IMG/VR virus record: IMGVR_UViG_3300038704_000071
Coordinates: 509 to 64,508 of that record
Strand: one strand, 5' to 3'
Length of the DNA: 64,000 nt
From: a virus
Lineage: Duplodnaviria; Caudoviricetes
A model generated the notes under the pieces. The model made no database searches and was not told the DNA's origin. It worked only from the letters and a program-made list of their open reading frames with translations. Positions 35,751 through 43,302 of the stretch are shown here, in pieces (position 1 is the first letter of the stretch; each line of letters begins with the position of its first letter). A program made the position numbers and the translations under genes.

Positions 35751-35993
35751 CTATACCTTGAGCCTTACCCCCGCTCCCCCGTCGCGGGTTTGGCCTGGAT
35801 CGAGAAACACGACGCCGGCAGCCTCCAGAGATTGCTTGATGGCGAGGAGGCTTCGGGTGTGCATATTCGGCATCTCGTCCGCCGATTCAGCACGTTGGAG
35901 CGCCGCGTAAGACACCCCGCAGTGTTCGGACAATTCGCGGCCGGACCACTTGAGCAGAGCGCGCGCGGCGCGGATTTGAGCGCCGGTAAGCAT
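35751..35993 (-). CDS. XRE-family HTH regulator
   Basis: MLTGAQIRAARALLKWSGRELSEHCGVSYAALQRAE...LEAAGVVF. Confidence 0.88.
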   Translation of the reverse strand: MLTGAQIRAARALLKWSGRELSEHCGVSYAALQRAESADEMPNMHTRSLLAIKQSLEAAGVVFLDPGQTRDGGAGVRLKV

Positions 35994-36144
35994 GGCGGCA
36001 AGGTTCACGGCAGGGGCCTTGGAGGCAACACTTTTTTGCATCGGCATTGATAGGCATTCCGTGGTGTTCTGTAGTGTTATAATCGAATAAGCGGACAAAG
36101 CTATCGTTTCTGCTTGCAATATACGCCAAAAGGAGGAATATTCC

Positions 36145-36175
36145 AACCGTCTCATATCCTTAAAGGAGGACGGTT
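36145..36175 (+). promoter_or_regulatory. Hairpin overlapping the RBS of the RAMP-like gene
   Basis: AACCGTCTC-N12-GAGGACGGTT pairs over GGAGG, 1 nt before the GTG start. Confidence 0.45.
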
Positions 36176-36176
36176 C

Positions 36177-36758
36177 GTGAAAACCCTCATCGCAAAGCTG
36201 CGCGGCGTCTCGCCGTACTCTCAGTCGAGGCACTACATTCGGGAACTGGAGCAGGGCGAGTCTCAGGACGACAACTACCGCCGGACGTGGCGGGGGCACC
36301 TGCATACGGACAACGCCGGCATGGTGTTCATTCCGGCCAACTCGCTGAAGAACTGCTTGTCGGACGCCGCCAAGTTCATGAGCATCTCGGTGCCGGGCAA
36401 AGGCAAGGCGACCTACACGAAGAATTTCGAGGCCGGCATCATGGTCGCGCAGTCGGCGCCGCTGGGTGTCCACAAGGACAAGGTCGACTTCGAGGCGCTG
36501 TTCCTGCCGAGCGACGGCCGGCGCGGCGGGCCCAAGCGGGTCATGAAGTACTACCCGATCATCCCGGAGTGGGAGACGGAGGCCGAGTTCATCATCGTTG
36601 ATGAGACGGTCCTTCAGTCGTCAGTCAAGGATAAGACGAGGACGGTGTTTCAGGAGGTGCTGGAAGGCGCCGGCCAGTACATCGGTATCGGGAGGTTTAG
36701 GCCGCGGAATAATGGATATTATGGCCGATTTTCGGTAGAAAGCGTCAAAGAGGTCTGA
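36177..36758 (+). CDS. Cas7/RAMP-like protein (193 aa), putative guide-RNA-binding effector
   Basis: N-terminal strand KLRGVSPY, FIPANSLKNCL (cf. RAMP IP.SS.KG), C-terminal Gly-rich loop GAGQYIGIGRFRPRNNGYYGRF. Confidence 0.72.
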   Translation: MKTLIAKLRGVSPYSQSRHYIRELEQGESQDDNYRRTWRGHLHTDNAGMVFIPANSLKNCLSDAAKFMSISVPGKGKATYTKNFEAGIMVAQSAPLGVHKDKVDFEALFLPSDGRRGGPKRVMKYYPIIPEWETEAEFIIVDETVLQSSVKDKTRTVFQEVLEGAGQYIGIGRFRPRNNGYYGRFSVESVKEV

Positions 36759-36764
36759 GGATTT

Positions 36765-37270
36765 CGCCGCGCCCCGCAGCGCAACGCAATGTGGCGCTAC
36801 GCTACATGGCTCAGCGCTTCGCGACGTACCGCCGCGCATCGCGTCGCCCCGCCGCGCTCCGCCCCGCAACGCAACGATTGTTTAAGAGAATTTCGCCGCG
36901 ACGCCCCGCTTCGCACCGCAGCGCGCCGCACCACAACGCTCTGCCCCGCCGCGTAGTGCGCCGTAGCGTCTCGTCCCGCAACGCATCGATTGTTTTAGTC
37001 ATAAGAGAGAACTTCCAACGCGGCGCACCGCGGCGTGCCGCAATGTGGCGCCACGTCCTGCTTCGCGGCGCATCGCATTGCTACGTGGCGCGTTTCTCCG
37101 CACTGCTACTCGGCGCATCGCACCACAACGCAACGCATCGATTGTTTAAGAGAATTTCGCTGCACCGCTCTACCGCGCACCGCATCGCGGCGTTCCTCTG
37201 CGCTGCTCAGCGCCGCGCTGTGTAACGCATTGTATCGCAGTGCCACGCGCCGCAACGCCCCGCAACGCAT
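36765..37270 (+). repeat. Pentamer array units 1-4 (22, 18, 24 and 22 x CGC/YNY+NN) with AT-rich linkers, putative guide RNAs
   Basis: Units 36765-36874, 36897-36986, 37019-37138, 37161-37270; linker CGATTGTTTAAGAGAATTTCGC identical at 36875 and 37139, variant at 36987. Confidence 0.9.
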
Positions 37271-37298
37271 CGTCCTATCCTCCAGCAATCAGGACCCC

Positions 37299-37817
37299 AT
37301 GACGAAGCCCCGCTTTGAGGCATCTCCGGATGTCGAGACCTGCGCAGACTTCCTGCGCGACAACAAAGGCCGCGAGCTGATCAGCTACGCATCAATTGCC
37401 GAGGCTACCGGCCGCGAAGATATCACCGGCAAGAGCCGCCACGTTCTCGCGTCGGCTCGCCGCATCCTTGAGCGTGAAGGCATCATATTCGTGGTCGAGA
37501 CTGGCGCGGGCCTGAAGCGCGCGAGCGACGCGCAGGTGGCGACGTTGGCGACCAGCGAGCCCATCGTGAAGACCCGCCGGATCGCGAAGAAGGCGAAGAA
37601 GCGCCAGTCCGCGGTCAACGTCCAGAACCTGACCGGCGAGCAGCGCATGGCCTTCTGGATCGGCAGCGCCATCCTTGGCGCAATTGATCAGGCAGCCAGC
37701 CGGGCATTCAAGAACCGGGTCGAAAAGTCGGCCAATGTGACCGACGGGCCGATCCCGATGAAACAGACGCTCGACCTGTTCAAGAAGATGCGGACGACAA
37801 GGAAGTCGCTGCAGTAG
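37299..37817 (+). CDS. Accessory protein embedded in the array, probably winged-helix DNA-binding
   Basis: AGGA RBS; ISYASIAEATGRED...LASARRILEREGIIF..ETGAGLKR; basic C-terminus. Confidence 0.7.
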   Translation: MTKPRFEASPDVETCADFLRDNKGRELISYASIAEATGREDITGKSRHVLASARRILEREGIIFVVETGAGLKRASDAQVATLATSEPIVKTRRIAKKAKKRQSAVNVQNLTGEQRMAFWIGSAILGAIDQAASRAFKNRVEKSANVTDGPIPMKQTLDLFKKMRTTRKSLQ

Positions 37818-37825
37818 GTTAACAG

Positions 37826-37979
37826 CGCCGCGCAACGCACCGCTTCGCACCGTAGCGTGCCGCCGCGCCACGCGCCGCTTCGCATCGCAACGATTGTTTC
37901 GATAATTTCTGCCACGCATCGTCCCGCACTTTATCGCGGCGCGGCGCGGCGTGTCGTTTCGCAACGCAACGCTACGTAT
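37826..37979 (+). repeat. Pentamer array units 5-6 (13 and 14 x CGC/YNY+NN)
   Basis: 37826-37890 and 37910-37979, separated by CGATTGTTTCGATAATTTC. Confidence 0.85.
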
Positions 37980-37998
37980 CGACCAGTGAGGCCCGCCA

Positions 37999-38697
37999 GT
38001 GAGCAATCTGACGGTCGCTTCGTTTTGGGTTTATCGCCCCGAGGAACACCCTCACGCGGCAAACTATCCGGCCATGCTGGAGATACTGCAGCGGTCATGT
38101 GACCGGCTCGGCGCCCGGCATATCCTGCTGACAGACCACGCCACGGCCGACGCGGGCCTCGTCCCGGTTGGAATAGAGCACTACGCCTCGGACCTCCCGA
38201 GGAACGTGATGCAGGCGACCACTCAGGCGCAGGCGCACTTTCTGGAGAACGCCCCGGCGTGGTTTGGCGATGTCCTGTTCGTGGGAGCTGACTCGATCCT
38301 GTTGCAGGACCCGAGGCCGCATCTGCCGGATGCCGACCTGTGTGTGACCTCGCGTCGACCGCGCCCGCACCTCGACGCGATCAACAATGGTTTCATGTAC
38401 ATCCGGCGGCGAGCGCTAGGTCAGGTTTCCGCCCTCTACAGGCGCGTCGCTGATCGCTGCGGGACTGAGTGGCGCGACGACCAGCGCGCCCTGGTGGTCG
38501 AACTCGATCCGGTCCCGATGCCACCCGTCATCGAAGAGCGCGCCGGTCTCCGCGTCGCGTTCCTGCCGATGCGCCGGTTCAACGACTGCCCCCGCTGGCC
38601 CGGCGATCCCTGCAAGGATGCCGTCCTGCTGCACTTTCGGGGCCGCCAGCGGAAAAAGATGATGTTCGCCTGGGCGAAGAGACAGGGGCTATTCTAA
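37999..38697 (+). CDS. Glycosyltransferase-like (GT-A) protein
   Basis: LFVGADS, NNGFMYI, DDQRAL, RFN..P, LHFRG; paralog of 39200-39910. Confidence 0.7.
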   Translation: MSNLTVASFWVYRPEEHPHAANYPAMLEILQRSCDRLGARHILLTDHATADAGLVPVGIEHYASDLPRNVMQATTQAQAHFLENAPAWFGDVLFVGADSILLQDPRPHLPDADLCVTSRRPRPHLDAINNGFMYIRRRALGQVSALYRRVADRCGTEWRDDQRALVVELDPVPMPPVIEERAGLRVAFLPMRRFNDCPRWPGDPCKDAVLLHFRGRQRKKMMFAWAKRQGLF

Positions 38698-39203
38698 TGC
38701 CGAAGCCAAACACCAATAGGTACGAGGATTTGGGCGACGGCAGCACAAAGCTTGTGCTTGCGTCGGGTGCGGCGTTTGTGATCGACACCGAAGATGTCTC
38801 GATGTTGCGTGGGTTTGGCTGGTGCCGCGACGTGACGGGCTACGCCAAGGCCAGCTATCGCGAGGACGGCAGGACCAAGCATGTCTATCTCCATCGCATG
38901 CTGTGTCGCGTGAGTGTTGAAAGGCCTCGCGTTGATCACATAGACGGAGACCAGAGCAACAACCGTCGGAGTAATCTGCGGGCTTGCACCCAGTCCGAGA
39001 ATCTCTTCAACCAGAAAATCAGCGTCAGAAATCGATCTGGTGCTAAAGGCGTCTATGTCCGACCGAACGGGCGCTTCGCCGCTCAAGGCGCTATGCACGG
39101 AAAGCACTATCACCTCGGTCTCTTTTCCACTCTGGAGGAAGCTGCCGCTGCTGCGGCGAGGTTTCGCGATGACAACCATGGCGAGTTCGCGAGACACGCA
39201 TGA
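38697..39203 (+). CDS. HNH-AP2 homing endonuclease
   Basis: YLHRML, VDHIDGDQSNNRRSNLR..T..EN..N, SGAKGV...HLGLFST.EEAAAA. Confidence 0.9.
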   Translation: MPKPNTNRYEDLGDGSTKLVLASGAAFVIDTEDVSMLRGFGWCRDVTGYAKASYREDGRTKHVYLHRMLCRVSVERPRVDHIDGDQSNNRRSNLRACTQSENLFNQKISVRNRSGAKGVYVRPNGRFAAQGAMHGKHYHLGLFSTLEEAAAAAARFRDDNHGEFARHA

Positions 39204-39910
39204 AGGACACCGTCGTTGCGTCATTCTGGTGCCACAGGCCCGCCGATTTCCCCGATGCCGCCGATTACATCGGCATGCTCAAGATCCTCGACCGGTCCTG
39301 CCGCGCCGCCGGCATGCGCCACGTCGTGCTGACGGATTTCAAGTCGTCGCAGATGCTGCCGCAGGGCCTGGAGTTCTTTGCCACGCAGCTGCCGCGCAAC
39401 CTGCTGCAGGCCACGACGGCGGCACAGGCCGAATGGGTGCGCGCGACCCGCTACCCGGATGACGACACCGTCTTCGTCGGCGCCGACTGCCTCGTCCTTC
39501 ACGACTTCCGGCCCTTCCTGCGGCCGGCCGATCTGTCGATCTGCACCTTCCCGCACCGCAAGCTCTGGATCATGAACGGGTTCATCCATGTCCCGGCCGC
39601 CAGCCGCGAAAAGCTGATCCCGCTGTTCGATCGCGTCGCCCACGGCACCCGCGCCTTTCCGGCGAAGACCTGCGACGACATGGCGTCATGGGAGCGGGTC
39701 CTTCGCCCGCGGCCCAAGGATCTCTGGGGCAAGGAAGAGCGCCACGGCCTGACTGTGCGCTTCCTGCCGGAACCGATCTGGAACGAGCGGCCGCTGTCGG
39801 CAGAGGAACCCTACGCCGAGGCGCATGTGCTGCATTTCCGGGGCGCGCCACAGAAGGCGATGTTCTTCGAGTGGGTGAAGCTGCACCGGCCGGAACTCGC
39901 CGCGGCCTGA
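39200..39910 (+). CDS. Glycosyltransferase-like (GT-A) protein
   Basis: FVGADC, MNGFIHV, DDMASW, WN..P, LHFRG. Confidence 0.7.
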   Translation: MKDTVVASFWCHRPADFPDAADYIGMLKILDRSCRAAGMRHVVLTDFKSSQMLPQGLEFFATQLPRNLLQATTAAQAEWVRATRYPDDDTVFVGADCLVLHDFRPFLRPADLSICTFPHRKLWIMNGFIHVPAASREKLIPLFDRVAHGTRAFPAKTCDDMASWERVLRPRPKDLWGKEERHGLTVRFLPEPIWNERPLSAEEPYAEAHVLHFRGAPQKAMFFEWVKLHRPELAAA

Positions 39911-40617
39911 TGCTGACAGCGATTTCATGGCTCTGGGCCCAGCCCGGAGGCCGGACCACCTACGCCGCGCGGCACGTCAACGCCTGGGCTGCGATGGTCC
40001 GGCGCCATCTGACGCTCGAGCATGAGATCGCGGTCGTCACCGACATGCCGGCCGGTATCGATCCCGGCATCCGCATCATCCCGCCGCCGGGCGATTTCGA
40101 GGATGTCCGTCTGCCGACCTGGGGCGCGCGGAAGCCGCAGTGCCTGCGTCGACTGGCGATGTTCGAGCGCAGTGCCGCCGACTGGCTCCACGCCGAGCGC
40201 GTCGTTTCCATGGATCTCGACTGCGTCATCGCCGACTCGCTCGACCCGCTGTTCGATACCGACGACGACTTCCGCATCGCCAAGGGGACCGCGACGAGCC
40301 GCCGCTACAACGGCTCCCTGATGATGTTGCGGCTGGGCGCGCGGCCGCAGGTGTTCGACACCTTCACCCGCGAGAAGGCAGTCCTCGCCGGGCTGAAGCA
40401 TCTCGGCTCCGATCAGGCCTGGATTGCCTCGGCGATCCCGAACGAAAAGACCTGGGGCGCGGCCGATGGCGTCCGGTTCTGGACGCCGACGCGACGGGTG
40501 ACCGAGGCGCGTGTCGTGTTCTTCGCCGGTGCCGTCGGCAAACCCTGGGAAGTCGACGACCCGCTGGTCGCCCGGCACTACCCGGCAATGGAAAGGGGCG
40601 CGCATGTCGATGCTTGA
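39910..40617 (+). CDS. Glycosyltransferase-like protein
   Basis: YAARHVNAW..MVRRHL, VSMDLDCVI (DxD), YNGSLMM, SDQAWI. Confidence 0.75.
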   Translation: MLTAISWLWAQPGGRTTYAARHVNAWAAMVRRHLTLEHEIAVVTDMPAGIDPGIRIIPPPGDFEDVRLPTWGARKPQCLRRLAMFERSAADWLHAERVVSMDLDCVIADSLDPLFDTDDDFRIAKGTATSRRYNGSLMMLRLGARPQVFDTFTREKAVLAGLKHLGSDQAWIASAIPNEKTWGAADGVRFWTPTRRVTEARVVFFAGAVGKPWEVDDPLVARHYPAMERGAHVDA

Positions 40618-41989
40618 TCGCGTCCGCGGCCTGTTCCGCAGGAAGACCTACCAGATGCCGAGCAGCAATGGCGGCTGGTTCCCGATCATCCGCGAGGCCA
40701 AAACCGGCTACTGGCAGCGAAACATCGAGGTCAACGCCACGACGGCGGCGAGCTACTACGCCAACTTCGCCTGCGTCACCCTGATCGCGCGCGACATCGC
40801 CAAGCTCTCGGTCCGGCTGATCCAGAAGACACCGGACGAGATCTGGATCGAGACCGTGAACCCGGCTTTTAGCCCGGTGCTGCGGAAGCCGAACCACTAC
40901 CAGACCCGCAATCAGTTCTGGGAGTCGTGGTTCCTGTCGAAGCTCGGCAAGGGCAACACCTATGCGCTGAAGGACCGCGACAACCGCGGTGTCGTTGTTG
41001 GCCTCTATGTCCTGGACCCGACGCGCGTGCAGCCGCTCATCGCCCAGGACGGCAGCGTGTTCTACCAGCTGTCGACGGACGAACTGAACGGCCTCCCGGA
41101 GCAGGTCACCGTACCAGCCACGGAGATCATCCACGACCGCTTCAACTGCCTCGGTCACCCGCTGGTAGGTGTGGCACCGATCCATGCCGCGGCCCTGGCG
41201 GCGACGCAGGGAATCAACATCCAGCAGCAGTCCGTCCGGCTGTTCCGCAACAACGCCAATCCCAGCGGCATCCTGACGGCGCCCGGCAACATCAGCGACG
41301 AGGACGTCGAGCGCCTCAAGACCGAGTGGGAGAAGAAGTTCAGCGGCGAGAACTATGGCCGCGTCGCCGTCTTGGGTAGCGCCCTGAAGTTCGAGGCGAT
41401 GTCGGTGACCGCCCGCGACAGCCAGCTCGTCGAACAGCTCAAATGGTCGTCCGAACAGGTTGCCGCGGTCTACCACGTCCCGGCCTTCATGATCGGCGCC
41501 GGCGCCGAACCCAACACCGGCAACGCCCAGGAGCGGACGCTTCGCTACTACACCCAGGCGCTGCAGTCGCTGATCGAGGAGGCGGAAAGCTGCCTCGATG
41601 ACGGTCTCGGCCTCGGCGACAAGCCCGATCTCGGCGTCGAGTTCGATACCGACAATCTGCTTCGCATGGACACCGCGATGCTGATGGATGTCCTCGAGAA
41701 GGGCCGCAACTATCTGAAGCCGAACGAGGGCCGTCGCCGTCTCGGCCTGCCCAAGGTCGCCGGCGGCGATGCGGTCTATCGCCAGCAGCAGGACTTCTCG
41801 CTCGAGGCGCTGGCGAAGCGCGACGCCCAGGAAGACCCGTTCGCGACGGAGAAGCCGCAGCCGGAGCGCGATCCGCCGCCCGATGTGGACCCGCCGGAAG
41901 ATCCGGAACTCGACGATGACGACGCGAAGTCTCTCGCCGCCTGGCGCCTGGAAAAGGCCGTCGGCGCCCTGATGGAGGCCGGACGATGA
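40604..41989 (+). CDS. Portal protein (HK97 family)
   Basis: KPNHYQTRNQFWESWFLSKLGKGNTY, IIHDRFN..HPLVG, LFRNNANPSGIL, VYHVPAFMIG. Confidence 0.93.
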   Translation: MSMLDRVRGLFRRKTYQMPSSNGGWFPIIREAKTGYWQRNIEVNATTAASYYANFACVTLIARDIAKLSVRLIQKTPDEIWIETVNPAFSPVLRKPNHYQTRNQFWESWFLSKLGKGNTYALKDRDNRGVVVGLYVLDPTRVQPLIAQDGSVFYQLSTDELNGLPEQVTVPATEIIHDRFNCLGHPLVGVAPIHAAALAATQGINIQQQSVRLFRNNANPSGILTAPGNISDEDVERLKTEWEKKFSGENYGRVAVLGSALKFEAMSVTARDSQLVEQLKWSSEQVAAVYHVPAFMIGAGAEPNTGNAQERTLRYYTQALQSLIEEAESCLDDGLGLGDKPDLGVEFDTDNLLRMDTAMLMDVLEKGRNYLKPNEGRRRLGLPKVAGGDAVYRQQQDFSLEALAKRDAQEDPFATEKPQPERDPPPDVDPPEDPELDDDDAKSLAAWRLEKAVGALMEAGR

Positions 41990-43302
41990 AGCAACGCGAT
42001 GTCCTGATGCTCATGGACGGCATCGCGCCTTCCCTCGTGGCGCTGTTCGGCAAGGCCCTCGCGCCGGTGCTGGAGCGTCTGGCGGCGGCGGAAAAGGAAC
42101 TCGCTGCGGCGAAGGCCGCGCTGGCCGGGCCGCCGGATGTCGATGCCGTGGTCGCGGCCGCCGTGCGCAAGGCGATCGGCGACCTGCCCGCGGCGCCGAC
42201 CGTCGAGGAGATCGTGGCTGCGCTGCCGAAGCCGCCGACGGCCGAAGAGGTCGCCGCCCTGGTGCCGACGGCCGAGGCGGGGAAGAGCGTGACCCTGGAC
42301 GATGTCCGCCCGCTGGTCGCCGAAGCGTTTGCGGCCGCCCCGCCTGTTCCCACGGTCGAGGAAGTCGCCGCGCTGGTGCCCGTCGCACAGGTCGACCCCG
42401 AGGCCGTCAAGACCGCCGTCGCCGAGGCCATGGCTGCGCTGCCTGCCGTTCCGACTGCCGAGGAGGTGGCCGCCTTTGTTCCGGCCCCGGCGCCAGGCAA
42501 GGACGCCGATCCCGAGACCGTCAAGGCTGCCGTTGCAGAAGAGGTGGCCCGCCAGATCGCGGACCTGCCGCCGCCGGCCGCGCCTGCCGAACCCGATCTC
42601 GAGGCCGTGGCCGCCGATGTGACGCGGCGCCTGGAGGGGGCGATCAAGACCGAGATCGCAACCACTGTCGCGGCGCTACCGCAGGCCCCCGCGGCCGAGG
42701 ATGTGGCGGCTCTGGTCAAGATGCCGACCGCCGAGGAGGTCGCCGCTCTGGTGCCTCCGGCGGAACCCGGCGCGCCCGGTTTGGACGGCTCGAGCGTCTC
42801 GGTCGACGATGTCCGGCCGCTGATCGAGGAGGCCGTCGCTAAGGCCGTCGCCGAGATCCCGGCCCCGAAGGATGGTGTTGGTCTTGCCGGCGCCCTGATC
42901 GATCGCGACGACAATCTCGTCCTGACCCTGACCGACGGCGCCACGAAGTCACTGGGTGTTGTCATCGGCAAGGACGGTGCACCCGGCCGGGACGCCTTCG
43001 GCCTCGACGACTTCGAGGTCATCGACGGTGATGACGCCTTCACCCTGCGCTTCGTCCGCGGCGATGCGGTCAAGGAGTTCACGCTCGCGAAACCGACCCT
43101 GGCCGACCACTACCGCGGCGTCTGGAAACAGGGCCCGCACAAGGCCGGCTCCATCGTGACCTGGGGCGGCTCGATCTGGCTGGCGAAGCGCGACACCGAA
43201 GACCGGCCGGAATCCAGCGACGCCTGGTCTCTCATCGTGAAGAGGGGTCGCGACGGCAAGGACGGTGAGGCCCCCAAGGGCCCGGCCAAGGTGAAGCTGT
43301 GA
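41986..43302 (+). CDS. Portal-adjacent head protein with Pro/Ala-rich repeats
   Basis: Repeated PTAEEVAALVP, GKDG/GRDG, C-terminal YRGVWK...GSIVTWGGSIW. Confidence 0.72.
   Translation: MKQRDVLMLMDGIAPSLVALFGKALAPVLERLAAAEKELAAAKAALAGPPDVDAVVAAAVRKAIGDLPAAPTVEEIVAALPKPPTAEEVAALVPTAEAGKSVTLDDVRPLVAEAFAAAPPVPTVEEVAALVPVAQVDPEAVKTAVAEAMAALPAVPTAEEVAAFVPAPAPGKDADPETVKAAVAEEVARQIADLPPPAAPAEPDLEAVAADVTRRLEGAIKTEIATTVAALPQAPAAEDVAALVKMPTAEEVAALVPPAEPGAPGLDGSSVSVDDVRPLIEEAVAKAVAEIPAPKDGVGLAGALIDRDDNLVLTLTDGATKSLGVVIGKDGAPGRDAFGLDDFEVIDGDDAFTLRFVRGDAVKEFTLAKPTLADHYRGVWKQGPHKAGSIVTWGGSIWLAKRDTEDRPESSDAWSLIVKRGRDGKDGEAPKGPAKVKL

Noticed and set aside
35751-35759. Contiguous match CTATACCTT to the reverse complement of concatenated unit-1 dinucleotides
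   Set aside because: Only 9 nt, expected by chance; no self-target was established by eye
36765-37270. Classical CRISPR array next to a cas7-like gene
   Set aside because: Only two identical 22-nt linkers; the intervening 90-120 nt segments are internally periodic rather than random 30-40 nt spacers; no cas1, cas2, cas3, cas5 or cas6 seen
36791-37298. Arg/Ala-rich ORFs over the arrays (36791-37225, 5' part of 37035-37817, 36621-36869, 37857-38102)
   Set aside because: By-products of CGC-rich periodic DNA; 5-nt periodicity is incompatible with codon structure and the ORFs lack an RBS
36765-37979. Simple microsatellite or sequencing artefact
   Set aside because: The dinucleotides vary unit by unit while the register and linkers are preserved, and flanking genes are intact
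42150-42860. Repeats in the portal-adjacent gene
   Set aside because: Protein-level PTAEEVAALVP repeats explained by the coding sequence
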